Positions 35,356 through 47,617 are shown, numbered from the stretch's first letter. The stretch: DNA of 64,000 nucleotides from Zancudomyces culisetae HAW-14-8 (GCA_052426225.1 JBNJNM010000012.1:1116001-1180000), one strand, 5' to 3'. Numbers and translations are program-made. The notes: generated from the letters alone by a model not told the origin.

Positions 35356-36546
35356 ATGTACGGAGTGGTTTTTTGGCTGACATTGGTTACATATTTCTTT
35401 GGGTGCCGGGAATTAAGCAAGGGTTTAGACAAGCAGATTAAAAGCAAAAGACCTATAGCTAGCATTGCCAGAGGTAGTGCCTTTGATACTCGAAAAGAAT
35501 ATATCTTGGTTACTGGCGGGACAGGGTATATTGGGTCACACATAGTACTTAAGCTAATCGAAGAGGGTTATGATGTTGTAGTACTGGACAATCTTTCAAA
35601 CAGTGTAGTCGAGCCACTACGACGGATCGAAAGAATCTTGGGCTTGAAAAACCAAATACCCTTTTATGAAGCTGATTTGCTCAACTATGATGATATTAAT
35701 GCCGTTTTTAAGAAATATAGAGTGAGTTGTGTGATTCACTTTGCTGCATTAAAGGCAGTCGAAGAGTCTACGCGCGAGCCTTTAAGGTATTACGATAACA
35801 ATTTTGGAGGAACGGTAAATCTGCTTAAGGCTATGCAAGAAAACAGTGTTAAAAATATTGTGTTTTCTAGTTCCGCAACGGTATATGAATATTCAGGAAA
35901 GGATAGCTATACAGAAGACTCTAAACTTGCATGTACAAATCCATATGGACGAACAAAGTTGTTTATGGAATCTGTTATTGAAGATATCTATAACACGGCA
36001 GCAGGAACGGATAAACAAATGAATGCAGTGATACTAAGATATTTTAATCCATTTGGAGCCCATCCTTCGGGGCTCATGGGAGAAGACGCAGGTCAACTCC
36101 CAAACAACCTTATGCCTTATATCGCACAAGTCGCAGTTGGCGAGCTTGATAAAGTACACGTATTTGGTGCGGACTATAATACAAAAGATGGCACAGGTGT
36201 CAGAGACTTTATTCATATAATGGACTTGGCAAGGGCCCACGTCTATTCGGTAAAAAAAACCTCTGAGAACTGTGGGCTAAAAGTATATAATGTAGGGAGT
36301 GGGTCTGGATATTCAGTACTCGAAATGATTGAGGCAATGAAAGAGGCGTGTAATTGCCAGATCCCATTTGTAATTGATGGCAGAAGATCTGGTGATGTCG
36401 ACAAGGTTGTATGTGATCCAACCAAGGCAGAGAGGGAGCTAGGGTTTAAGGTTGAATACACACTCAAAGATATGTGCAGGGATTTGTGGAGGTGGCAGCA
36501 GGCAAATCCACACGGCTATAGGACAAAGGCCGAGAAGTCAAATTGA
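35356..36546 (+). CDS. GALE: UDP-glucose 4-epimerase (GalE family) with an N-terminal hydrophobic extension
   Basis: Motifs ILVTGGTGYIGSH, HFAALKAVEES, FSSSATVY, NPYGRTK (YxxxK), LRYFNPFGAHPSG and DGTGVRDFIHIMDLA. First ATG at 35356; an upstream exon is possible (acceptor ...atacag near 35322). Confidence 0.93.
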   Translation: MYGVVFWLTLVTYFFGCRELSKGLDKQIKSKRPIASIARGSAFDTRKEYILVTGGTGYIGSHIVLKLIEEGYDVVVLDNLSNSVVEPLRRIERILGLKNQIPFYEADLLNYDDINAVFKKYRVSCVIHFAALKAVEESTREPLRYYDNNFGGTVNLLKAMQENSVKNIVFSSSATVYEYSGKDSYTEDSKLACTNPYGRTKLFMESVIEDIYNTAAGTDKQMNAVILRYFNPFGAHPSGLMGEDAGQLPNNLMPYIAQVAVGELDKVHVFGADYNTKDGTGVRDFIHIMDLARAHVYSVKKTSENCGLKVYNVGSGSGYSVLEMIEAMKEACNCQIPFVIDGRRSGDVDKVVCDPTKAERELGFKVEYTLKDMCRDLWRWQQANPHGYRTKAEKSN

Positions 36547-37152
36547 AAGATATTTAGAAAATATTATAGATGTTTGACTTTTAAGATTCTTTGATGTTTC
36601 CATAGATATAGATTTCGTCTATGTAATGAATACATCTAAGTTTCAATTTATCCCATGTGCTCTCCATTTTATAACAGTGCGATGTCACCAAAAATCAAAA
36701 AGTGAGAGAAATAGCAGTGGTACTAATACACTTTGTTAGCCTTTTTTTTTTTGGTGATAATTAACGGTATAAGTTCACATTTATTCAGAAAAGTGAGTAG
36801 ATATTCGTCATTTTTAAGTAGCTCCAAAACTTTTATTTGAAAAAGAGGTGAGGACAGCCCGTATTAGCATGTTTTATAAGGTATGCTCATTAAATGCAAT
36901 TAAGGGGTATATATGTTGGAAGGTAAATGTGCATCAAACTTTTTTTATTTCATTTTACCAAATGCTAAAGTATCCCGTTTAGTGGTGGTTTAGGTAAATA
37001 AAAAAATTTTTTTTCAACGAAATGCGAAAGGATGATGAATAATAATTAGGCGCAATTTACTGTTACTATAACATCAACCTTTTCAAAAAGAAAAAAAATA
37101 AAAAGAAGCAAAGGAAGACGAAAGGGCAACAAAACGAATTACTAGAAACAAA

Positions 37153-37590
37153 ATGGAGAATCCTGGAATGACCATATACGATAGTTCTGCTCAACAGGTA
37201 AATGTTGTTATGACCTATCTCTGTGCTGGTAAGCTTTTTTTTCTTCATTTCTTCCACAATATATCTTTTGCAGAAATACCGTCATGATCTGCCTAAGATT
37301 TTTATACTTTTTTTTATTTGTTTTCCCTTCTAAGGGCGTAGCTTAATTGAAGAAATAAAATTTAATAAGAAAATAATATGTAATCCAGATTGTGGTGCAG
37401 AAAATGAGATAAAGCCAAGAGAGCCCATAAGATGTCGCGAATGTGGATACCGCATTCTTTACAAGAAGCGCACCAAGAGAAGTATGTATTTTTCTAAGTT
37501 TCTGTTCACGTATATTTGTATATATGTATGTGTTGATTTACATTTATCTTTACGATTAACCAAATAGTGGTACAATTCGAGGCTCGGTAA
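37153..37590 (+). CDS. RPC10: RNA polymerase I/II/III shared subunit Rpb12 (RPABC4), 3 exons
   Basis: Exons 37153-37228, 37389-37481 and 37568-37590 give ...[43 protein letters not shown]. Absent from the ORF track. Confidence 0.96.
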
Positions 37591-38125
37591 ACAGCGGAAA
37601 AAAAGGAGAAACAGTTTAAATTCTTTTTAGAGCTAATTTGGGAATGCAACATTTTACTTTTTAAAAAGTATCTTATCAGGGGGTTTTGTGTAAATAAAAT
37701 CAACATTGTAATCTAAACTTGTGTATATTGAAGAGAAAAGCGGTAAAAGCCTAATTCCACAACAACTTTTTCTGTGCAACAACCCTGGACTTTTTTCAGT
37801 GTTTGTTGAAATATTGTTGGCAGTATAATTATGACGACTGGCTAATTCTAGGTATAGTTGCTATCCGTTCCGTGATCTATTTGAATACTATAAAAAATAG
37901 GCTTGACACACAATAATAGCGAAGGTATTGCCTGAGTATGTATAGGTGTAGCTTCTTTTAAGTGATAATATTTTATTACCGCAAAAAGAATGCCAAATAT
38001 AAACGATATCAGCGAAAGTATGTATCAGAGCATTAGGTGGTTGTGTCAACCAAACCAGGAATCTGGTGTGGTCAACTTAATATATGTTTGTAGGCTGGGT
38101 GGGTAGTCTTTCAGTAGATCTACAA

Positions 38126-38587
38126 ATGTTGGTATTGCAAGCGATTGAGTCCCACTTTTTTTGCAGAGAAATCTAGCGGTCAAGATTCCGTTCACATTTT
38201 ATTAATTGCTACCACTTTTACGTATACCTGCAAACCAAAAGTATAATATACTTGTTTATTGTTCAGCATAACGGTAAATTTCGTCATAAAAGAGGTTAAC
38301 GCCGACAATGTCGGTGTGAATGGTCTCTTGCACTTAAAGCTTGTTTCAGAAATAGTTTCACTTTACAAGTTGTGGAGTGATTGTTGCTTATTTTTAGTCT
38401 CACGAGTTTTTTATTTCGCAGGCTGTATGGAGATTCCACCTTGTGGCTCCTCTCCCCGGGGACTCTACCTTCTAACAGGTAATATTCCAGTTTAGTAAAA
38501 AAAAATCGGAAAAGCTTTCCATGGTCAAGTAAAGCCTTTTGTCTCCAAAGTCAAAACCTCTAGACGCAGCTCTGCTCAACACCACAT
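38126..38587 (-). ncRNA. Probable RNase MRP RNA
   Basis: On the minus strand, CR-I-like GGUAGAGUCCCC (38470-38458) pairs with CR-V-like CAAAAAAAGUGGGACUCA (38163-38146) as the 7-bp P4 (GAGUCCC/GGGACUC). Also present in canonical order: terminal P1 (GGUGUUG/CAAUACC), P2 (GCUGC/GUAGC), a P3 closing just before CR-I (UCUAGAGGU/ACCUGUUAGA) and a P19-like hairpin (GAAUCU...AGAUUU). Confidence 0.72.
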
Positions 38588-38918
38588 ATATTCGTTTTCC
38601 TGGGGCTTAAGTACAAACACTAATCTATATCTGAAAAAAAACCCCCCATCATTTTGCATTTTGACTAGGAAATCAAGGTTCTGGACATACCTTCATGATT
38701 AGCGGTGGAATTGTGACCAATAGTACCCATTCCCAATATCACGCTACTTTAGGGTTTTGTTTTTTGTCTTTTGTTTTTTTTGGTTTTGAGGATTTGATCT
38801 AACATAATGCTTTATTTAGTTATACTTTATTTTATTTGATAAAGAGAACAATAATTTTAAAGACATTCTAAATCCGAAAATACACAAATTTTAACAAAAA
38901 AAATAGAATATTCTAAAG

Positions 38919-39950
38919 ATGCTTAAGGCTGCACAGATAGCGAAAACTGTTATTAAAAAATCTGCAATGCCGCTGGCAGTTTTGAGTTTGGGAAAGGGTA
39001 TAATTTCTAGTGTACAGAAATTTAAAAGACCCGATGGAGGTACTTATTATAGATTTCATATTTATATTATGATTTACAATGTAAAAATCGTGACGAGACT
39101 ATATTGAAATATTTTCAATAAAAACTATAGTTTACGGTAGTGAGAGCCGACCAGTATTGAAATACGATTCCCATGTCCCTACTACAACACTACAAAAGGC
39201 GACTATATTTTGTGCCTCTTCGGTCCTTGCGATCGCCGAGCCTACCACTGGAGGTATGTTTGATTTTTAGTATGATGTCACTTAAAACTTTGAGAGTAAA
39301 TTTACTTTGGATAAATGCAACCCTATGAAATATTTATTTTTTCAATGTTTTGTTCATTTTATGTAGAATACCTGGCGGCCGTGGGTGATATCAGCTCAAT
39401 TCCGTTTCTCAGAAAATTATCTGATCGGATGAAAATGGATAAGGAGGGAAGACAGATTCTGAAAGAAAGGCCCAATGTGTGGTTTACTGATTCTGAATTC
39501 GAGGGGCTTGGAAAACTCCCCAAAGATACATTCGGGTATCATTACTATACTTATATGAATAATAACAAAATAACTTTTAAAACAAGAACACCAGTAAAAT
39601 TTGTGGACGACGAAGAGCTAGCATATGTAATGTTGAGACATCGCCATATACATGACTTTTATCACACATTGTTGGGAATGGATATTTCGCTTTTACAGGA
39701 GCTTGCGGTAAAATATTTTGAATTTATTCAAACAGGGTTGCCTGTTGGTCTGTTTGCCACCATGTTTGCACCTGTAAGGCTAGACGCTCACGAGAAAGAA
39801 GAGTTTTACACGCTTTATCTTCCATGGATAAGAAGTGTTGCTGAGAATAGTAAGCTATTGTTAAATGTTTACTGGGAAAAGCATTGGGATACGCCCATAG
39901 ATCAGCTAAGAAAGGACTTGGGCGTGTTTCTCTTGGATCAACGGGCATAG
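38919..39950 (+). CDS. COQ4: Ubiquinone biosynthesis protein Coq4, mitochondrial
   Basis: Exons 38919-39039, 39131-39253 and 39367-39950; motifs Y.SHVPT..LQK, GRQILKERP, LPKDTFG, HDFYH-x11-E, KYFEFIQTGLP and NVYWEKHW. Confidence 0.95.
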
Positions 39951-40312
39951 CTTTGTGTACTAGCTTCCACACTCTAGTGTCGAATAGAACATATACTTTT
40001 TCTTTCTTGGCATATTTGAGTTAAAATCTGATACTAAGAAGGGTTACAAGGGGTACACAGGGGCTTGGAAAAACCACCACAGCTCTGAGTAGCTGTTTAC
40101 TGGTCCTTTCCATAAGGCATCGAGGTAATAACCATCATTACAAAGAGAAACAAATATTTTGACAGTAGCGAGGGAGTACAGGTTGGTACACACAACTTGG
40201 TCTTGTAGGAGTATGTATCTTTTACTTTTGCGGCTTTATTAAAGTTATATATAACTGGTTTAGAAATGTGAAATAAAGTGGTGATATCTGATGGAGGGAA
40301 TTTTCGAAAGGG

Positions 40313-41467
40313 CTAAGGGCTGTTGGAGCGGGTTAAATATTCTAATTCCAAGCCATCTGCCGCACTCTTACTAATATTTACACCTTTTTTTAGTGGGATA
40401 TCAAGGTTGGTAGTATCTTTAACCTTAAGAAAGTTCCTAGCGTGAGTGTGATCCTCAATGGTTCTGGCTGCACGGCTCTGGGGTGCAATTATCTTACACA
40501 TAACAAACATATACAGTACTGCGCACCATGAATCATGATATGCTAGAGAGTCATAGAATTCGCTTGCAACTTCTTTTATTATGGGTAGACGAGTCCACGG
40601 AACATTGTGGAAGTCGTGGTGCTCATTGTGATAGCCAATATTCAAGTATAAAAGGTTTCCTGAGCCATAGTACCCATACGTCTCCTGGCCATCGACGAAC
40701 GTGTAATGCTCCTGAATGAAGTGCGCTGCACCTGGGTGTGGCCCATATCCCATTAAAATTGAGCATACAAGATACACTATCCCAATTGGGCCTACTGTGT
40801 AGTATAGCACAATGTCACAAAATATTGTCCACAACACATTATATTTTTCCCATCTTGTCATCTGTTTTTGCATCGCCAACCCTCTTCCTATATACATTAT
40901 ACCATATATGGCCAGCCAAAAGAACTTTTTTATTTTGCTATTTCCCACGTATTTCACTTCCCAATCTAAGGGTAGATCTGGGTCATGCCCTTTAACGCCC
41001 TGGTAAGTATGGTGCTCGAGGTGATACCTTCTAAAAGATTGGGCAATGGGAACCAGCATAGGGATATTAGCTATCATACCTATCCATCTGTTTTGCAGAC
41101 TGGTTCTTGCAGCCAAGTTATGGCAGACTTCGTGAAAAATAACCCCATACAATGTCGACAATGTTCCGCCAACAAAGTATGCTGTTAGTAGGAATACAAG
41201 TGTAGATCCAGTAAACACTCTTCCAAAGTAATATGCTAGTGCGACTTGTGCCGAAACAGACCCAAGAGTTACATAGAGGGTCTTGATATCATATCCCATC
41301 AATTCTTGTATCTCGGGATATTTTTTAAGTATCGCAAGCTTTCTTTTAATGTGTGGCTCATCATACTCCGTTTTTGCAAAAGCCTCTTCTTTGGCAGGAA
41401 CCGACTTTTTCCACTCTCCATTAAATAGTGGGAATCTCGGGTCGAATTCAAACAGAGTCTTGGTCAT
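40313..41467 (-). CDS. DES1: Sphingolipid delta-4 desaturase (DEGS/Des1)
   Basis: EPH..R...IL.KYPEI..LMG N-terminal motif, His boxes HEVCH, HLEHH and HNEHH, plus HP.AAHFIQEH and ETY.YYG. Confidence 0.93.
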   Translation of the reverse strand: MTKTLFEFDPRFPLFNGEWKKSVPAKEEAFAKTEYDEPHIKRKLAILKKYPEIQELMGYDIKTLYVTLGSVSAQVALAYYFGRVFTGSTLVFLLTAYFVGGTLSTLYGVIFHEVCHNLAARTSLQNRWIGMIANIPMLVPIAQSFRRYHLEHHTYQGVKGHDPDLPLDWEVKYVGNSKIKKFFWLAIYGIMYIGRGLAMQKQMTRWEKYNVLWTIFCDIVLYYTVGPIGIVYLVCSILMGYGPHPGAAHFIQEHYTFVDGQETYGYYGSGNLLYLNIGYHNEHHDFHNVPWTRLPIIKEVASEFYDSLAYHDSWCAVLYMFVMCKIIAPQSRAARTIEDHTHARNFLKVKDTTNLDIPLKKGVNISKSAADGLELEYLTRSNSP

Positions 41468-42260
41468 TACAAATTGGTTTGTTGGATTCTAAGGTCTATT
41501 TCTCTATGATGTTTTCTATTTCAGGATATTATCTTAAAGCGTATTTGGTGTGAAGGTTGAAAAAAATAGAAACCTGCGGTTTTATATTAGGATTAAGGAC
41601 AAATAGTAAGAAAGGAGCAAATTTTTTCTTAAAAGGATAGGAGAGGAAAAGAAGGGGTGGATTTTCAGAAGTGAAAATAGCCTTTTAACCTTAAAAGGCC
41701 ATCGCTTGGCTTTACTTGTAATTTCTTATTGCATACGCTTTTTCCGTGCGCTTTGTAATCTAAGATCTGGCAAATCACTTGGATATTATTGACTTGTGGG
41801 GTTTTTAATCTTAAAGCGTTTTTCAATGTCCAACAGAAAACTAACTTCACGTATTGGGGGGGGGGGGGGGGTTTGCACAGTAACCAGAAATATTCAAAGG
41901 GTACCTGATAATTGCTTACTAATGGGAATCTAGCAATGTAGGTGGATTTAGCATGAAAAACCTCGTACTTATAGCCAAGAAAATGGTAAAAAAGCACGCT
42001 TTGTATGATACGTGGATAAATTCGCTTTTTTCCTTTTCTTTTTTTTTATAATTTTTTAATTAAAAGCTGTTTACGCTATTGGCTTTTCCAACAACCCAAC
42101 CAAGCTCAGTACATAAACTTACGTAAAAGTACATCTATGCCGAATTAGCTCTTCAAATGAAAAAAGAGTAGATTTAAACCAGATAAAACAACTGAAAAAA
42201 CCTTGTAATATGGAGAGAGAGGGGGGGAAGAGAAAAAAAAAGATGTCTGGGCCGAGCGGG

Positions 42261-43598
42261 CTAGTAGTCATAAAATCCTTTCCCAACTTTTTTGCCTAAC
42301 CATCCAGCATTTACGTAGTTCTGTAGCAAAACTGCAGGTCGGTACTTGCTGTCACCTAGCTGAGTATGAAGGACCTTCATTATAGCCAAGCATGTGTCCA
42401 ATCCAATAAAGTCAGCCAAAGTCAAAGGACCCATAGGAACGTTGGTTCCTAGTTTCATAGTGGTATCGATATCTTCTCTTGTTGCAATACCCTAGTTTGT
42501 AGCATAAATGAACTCGGTACTGTTAAAATGATGTATAACGAGGCAAATTTGAATAAAAACAAAAAACAAAAAACAAAAAGTAAAAAAACGAAGAGCAAAA
42601 TAATGGAACCTTACCTCTTGTAATGCAATTATAGCTTCATTTATGTATGGCATAAGTAGGCGATTTGCTATAAACCCAGGAACATCCTTAGACACTGTTG
42701 TCGTCTTTCCCATCAATCTTGCAAGTTCAAGAGTCGTGGTTATAGTTTCCTGACTTGTTTGCAGCCCAGGAATGACTTCAACTAGCTTCATTACGGGCAC
42801 CGGGTTCATAAAATGCATCCCAATCACATTATGGGGGTGCTTTACAGCTGATGCGATTTTTGTAATGCTGATAGAAGAGGTATTTGATGCAAGGATACAG
42901 TCCGGCGAGACTACATCCGAAAGATCGCTAAATATCTTGTTCTTAAGCTCTGGATTCTCAGTCGCAGCCTCAATAACAAAGTCAGGATTCCCAACAACAT
43001 TAAGGTTCGAGCTCATTTTGATTCGTGTGAATATCTCCTCACTCTCTTCCTTAGATAACTTTCCCTTGGTTACCTCCTTCCCAAGAAGAACCTCTATTTT
43101 TAAAGCAGAGACATGTTTTATGTTGGGTATGCGAAACGCGATATATAGTTGCTTAAAGTGATTGCATAAAGAAGAGTTAAAAAATAATTACGGATGAAAC
43201 TCTTGGCTTTCTCTAGCTGCTCTGTGTTAGGGTCAATAAACTGAACGTTCAAGTTGGCCACCTTGGCAGCTACAAAGCCTATTCCGACGCCCATCTGTCC
43301 GGCACCAACAATGCACATTTCTTTAACTTTCTATTTCATTGAAGTTAAATTATAGTTTTTTCCATGCATTTCTATTTTTTAGATATTTTCGTACCCCCCC
43401 CCCCCCTACTCCATCTCTACATATTTCGAACCTGGTAGAACATAGCTGCTTATTACCTTAAAACCTTCGGCTCTTGTGTAAATACTCATCTATTTTTAAA
43501 TCAAAATTGAAATGTTTTTAAAGTGCGATTTAGGAATATTATAAGAGCAAGTGTACCTTTGAAACTCGAAGTACTTTTGGAAGTGAATGTCGAAGCAT
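42261..43598 (-). CDS. 3-hydroxyacyl(butyryl)-CoA dehydrogenase, mitochondrial, 5 exons
   Basis: Exons 43598-43557, 43489-43457, 43330-43192, 43093-42615 and 42491-42261; motifs [51 protein letters not shown] and [13 protein letters not shown]; presequence [14 protein letters not shown]. Confidence 0.92.
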
Positions 43599-44137
43599 TT
43601 TCTGAAAATGTTCTCGGCTTGTTTGAAATCAATCTTGAGAGGTTAGTAATTTTATCTCAAAAATAGGTCCTTGCTTTTTTTTCGCAAGAGATAATGTAAA
43701 CCCAAAAAAGTATTGGTACTACCAGGCTTTTGCTACCTAGGATTTTTTTCAAAACATTTTGATATCAATTTGGTTATTCCAAGTCATTTAAGTCATAGTA
43801 CTCCTTAATTGGGGATCTACACTTAAAGCGCAGAAATCTTCGTTAATATTCGAATTATGTATTGCTGAGGCTTTAATCTTGGTTTGGCAGAGGATATTTG
43901 CTCAGTTGCCAAGAACTTGGAGCATAAACTTTTTTTTCATGACTGCATAATCTTACTGCTTCAATATACAAACAATAGAGAACTAACTTACACACATGAC
44001 GGCTTTATAGTAGAATATATGCTGAATAATAAGTCATATTTATTATATCAACCCAATCTCAACTCTTCAGCTAATATCTACAACGTTTATATAGAAGTTT
44101 TTTATTTAAAGGATCTACCTGGAAAGGCAAAAGATGT

Positions 44138-46396
44138 TTACATGAGGCTACATAGTGAAACTCTGTCTTTGGATTTGTGACCATTTGAAGCAGCTCTAGT
44201 TAGCGTTTTTGCTGCACCACGCTTAGAGAGGAGGTTTCTATTTTGAGATTCTTTGGAATGGCGAGCCGCTGAAAATCTATCAGCGTGCATTCGGGAAATG
44301 TTGAAACCTCCCTTTTTTGCGATCTTGTAGCATTCCAATGCCTTTTCTGGATGCTGCTCTACGCCAATTCCTGCTTCGTAAAAATATCCAAGTAGGACGT
44401 ATGCCCGTGTACACCCATTTTCAGCAGCCTTTTTACAATAGTAAAACGAAAGGTCGTCACACTGGTCTATCACCTCGGGATGACCCGTTAGATGCCACTC
44501 GGCTAAAGCTAGTTGTGCCTCCGGAAAATCATTTTCCACTGCCATACTATAATATATCACACTGTTTAATGGATCGAAAGCTTGCTGATGCTCTCCAAAT
44601 TCGTAGATTTGGCCAAGCCGATGCTGTGCCTTGCTCATGTTCAGTTCGGATGCTGCTTCCAGTAAATTTAGCCCTTCGTCATAGTTGACAATAATGCTGT
44701 TATATATCTGCTTATCGGGATACTCACCCAAGTAAATTATTCCTAGCAAGTATGCACCGTCTGGACATTCTTTATTAGCCCCGTTTGCTGCTCGTTTCAA
44801 ATAGTTCAAAGCAAGCTTTATGTTTTTTTTGACGTCCAATTCTCCACTTAGGTACGCTACTGCTAACCTATACAATGATTTTATTTCATTTTGGGAGGCC
44901 GCTACCGTGTAATGTGCTACCGCAGAGAGAAAATGCCTTTTGGCCTCATTATAAGTTGCAATTTTATGACTGGCTTCAGGGTGATGAGACTTTGATGCGA
45001 TAGTGAACAAGGCAGTCGCTTTCTCTTTGTCTTTTTTGTTTCCAAATTTCCCTTCACTGTACCAACAAGCCAACATATACGCGGCTTCAGGGACTCCCTT
45101 TTTGTATAGATGCCTAACTAAAAAATTAAGCTCGTTTGTAAGAACAGCTTTTGAGCTGGAAATAGTGGTTACACTTTCGTCGGAAATCAAAGTCGACTTA
45201 TTTGACAGTGTGTACGTTGGACTGGAGCTTCCTAGCATTTTCATATTACTTTTGTACAGTTGGTATGCATAGCAGCAGTACTCGTACTCGATCTCCTGTT
45301 TGCCGTCACTCTCTTCAGCTTCAGCGTCAATTGTATGAATCTCTTCTAGAACCGATATCATGTTTTTTGCAAACAAAACTTGGTTCATGGTGCTAGATCT
45401 GAGAATTGCCTTTCTAATTCTTTTAGCACCGCTTCCACCTGACGATAAAATTGCACAAATTTCGGCCACGTTCTTGAAATATCCACTGATATTATTGTCT
45501 CTAGGCTTTTTTCTTTTGAAAATTGACCGCCTTGAAAATATATCAGGATTGTTACATTCAGCCATTCTGTCCAGATTGCTGTTATAACTACAATTGTCGA
45601 ATTTAAAAAGACTGTTTGTGCTTCCCATGTAAGAATTGTACCTTGTATCGTTAAAATCATCAAAAGACATATATGAATAGTCTATTGAGATATTGTTGCT
45701 ATCGAAGCTTGTTCGGTCAGCCCTTCTGCGTGGAGAAAACCCAGCTATATTATCTTCATTTATATTAGCATAGCTACTATCTCTACTGAGCTGATTGGCA
45801 CTTGTAAAGGTATTTATCGGCACAGATGCACTTGTTTCATTTTCATCATACACGTACAGTGGCTCGTTGCCGTTGCTGTTTTCGTTCTCGTTCTCGTTTT
45901 TGTTTTTGTTTTCGTTTTTGTTTTCGTTGTAGTTGTCGGGTTGAGTGTTATATGTATCTGATCTTTCAATATCTTGTTTTGAAGAATACAAGGAAACATA
46001 ACTAGAGTGGTTTACATACTCAACTTTTATACTGCGTGTATCGTGTTGGTTCATTACTGGGTGAGTTCTATATTTGCTATTATCTAATCCTATTGCGTTC
46101 TTATTTTTGGGTAGTGTAGTGTTTTGATCGATCCTATAAACGTCAGTTCCATAAACGCCTGAATCAAATCTCTCTCTAAGAGCCCTAATTGGATTTACTC
46201 TAAGTTTTGAGTTTAAAAAACTCGTTTTTCGCTTGCTCAGTAGATGAGTATCCTTAAGCGTGCTATCTAAACTTTCTAAATTAAATGATGCGTGTGTTTC
46301 TAGCTGCATATCCAGACTAATCTCTTTAAGTGTATTTTTACGCTCAATACCAGCTATCGAACTCGCTTTTTCGTTTGCCATTTTTTGCCAATTCAT
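44138..46396 (-). CDS. Sel1-repeat protein, chitin synthase regulator (Chs4/Skt5-like)
   Basis: Low-complexity N-terminal half, then about 7 Sel1-like repeats (EAAYMLACWYSEG, AQHRLGQIYEFG, EAQLALAEWHLTG, LGYFYEAGIGV) and a C-terminal CaaX box (CSLM), as in Chs4. Confidence 0.85.
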   Translation of the reverse strand: MNWQKMANEKASSIAGIERKNTLKEISLDMQLETHASFNLESLDSTLKDTHLLSKRKTSFLNSKLRVNPIRALRERFDSGVYGTDVYRIDQNTTLPKNKNAIGLDNSKYRTHPVMNQHDTRSIKVEYVNHSSYVSLYSSKQDIERSDTYNTQPDNYNENKNENKNKNENENENSNGNEPLYVYDENETSASVPINTFTSANQLSRDSSYANINEDNIAGFSPRRRADRTSFDSNNISIDYSYMSFDDFNDTRYNSYMGSTNSLFKFDNCSYNSNLDRMAECNNPDIFSRRSIFKRKKPRDNNISGYFKNVAEICAILSSGGSGAKRIRKAILRSSTMNQVLFAKNMISVLEEIHTIDAEAEESDGKQEIEYEYCCYAYQLYKSNMKMLGSSSPTYTLSNKSTLISDESVTTISSSKAVLTNELNFLVRHLYKKGVPEAAYMLACWYSEGKFGNKKDKEKATALFTIASKSHHPEASHKIATYNEAKRHFLSAVAHYTVAASQNEIKSLYRLAVAYLSGELDVKKNIKLALNYLKRAANGANKECPDGAYLLGIIYLGEYPDKQIYNSIIVNYDEGLNLLEAASELNMSKAQHRLGQIYEFGEHQQAFDPLNSVIYYSMAVENDFPEAQLALAEWHLTGHPEVIDQCDDLSFYYCKKAAENGCTRAYVLLGYFYEAGIGVEQHPEKALECYKIAKKGGFNISRMHADRFSAARHSKESQNRNLLSKRGAAKTLTRAASNGHKSKDRVSLCSLM

Positions 46397-47617
46397 TGAG
46401 GTTTTGATTGAACAGTCTACGCTTGGTTCAATTAGTACATTGTTAGCAAGAAAGTGGTGTGTAATTTACGTGATATACGCTAAAATAATATCCAAATCTA
46501 TTGTGATGATAGTAAATATTTATGTTTTCACAAACACGTATATTGCTGTCAATATAGTTTTCAAGTCGATATCAGCCAGAATTGTGTTGACTTTAATTAA
46601 TTCTCTAGTTACCCTGTTTTGGTTCAATCTATACAAAAAAGCACTGTTTAGCTATTAATATGTATAAGTCTTCTTTTGACTGGGTTAGTATTTCTATAAT
46701 ATATAATTTTTAGCTTGGATCTATTTGAAACCATATATTAATTAACTTTTTTTATTTAAATAGAAAAGCCTTGAAAATATTAGTGGTAATATAAGATTAA
46801 TATGTTGGGCCAGTTATTGTTATTGTTGTTTTTATTTTTGTTGTTGTTATTGATGGGGGGAAGGGAGTGGGGCTAGGAAAAGTAAAGGTCAAGAGGTAAG
46901 AACCACTTTTATTTACAGCAGTAAAACTTTGTAGTGCTATACATAGGTTATAGTTGGTCGATTTAGTTTGACTAAATATAGTCTAATATAAATACAGGTT
47001 GCCTGTCAGATAGATAATAGGCAAGTGCTTGTTACTGTTGGTGTAGGAAAATTGGATGCCAACTGACCTGGACTTGGAGAAAAAGAAAATGGAGAGATGA
47101 AGTCAAAAAGAGAGATGTGTAGTATAGCCTTTTTTTTATACCAATTGTCCAATAGCTTCAGAGAAAATTGACATGAACAGGTTCAATCGTTTTAGCATTC
47201 ATTTCCCACTTTCAAGTGGGGAAGGTGCCTAAATAAAGGGGAGGTAAAAGGTGGAATTAAAATTAGCGCAAGAATAGTTTGCTGAAAATTCTTATTTTTA
47301 GATGTATGGTTTAAAAGTGCACACTGGAAGGAAATTTTATTTCTAATATTATTTTTGGACTTTAGGTTTTCAAATATTAATTATTAAAATTGAAAGGTTA
47401 GTCATCTGGGTATCATTGAGGTATACGCTGATACGAATTTAACACTCTGTTGCCTTGTAGCTAAAAATAAACATTATTTCTCAGCCCTATTGCTTGAGAT
47501 ATGTTGTTTGTTTTTATCAACTTTCTATTTGCACATACACATTCACATTCACATGAAAGCGTAAATGCATAAGAAAAATAATAATAAAAGGGGAGAATTA
47601 GTAATGATAAAAAGTAT

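Noticed and set aside
33058-41467. Sphingolipid gene cluster (ssSPT-like, GalE, DES1)
   Set aside because: The genes are interspersed with unrelated ones and the ssSPT call is weak; synteny evidence would be needed.
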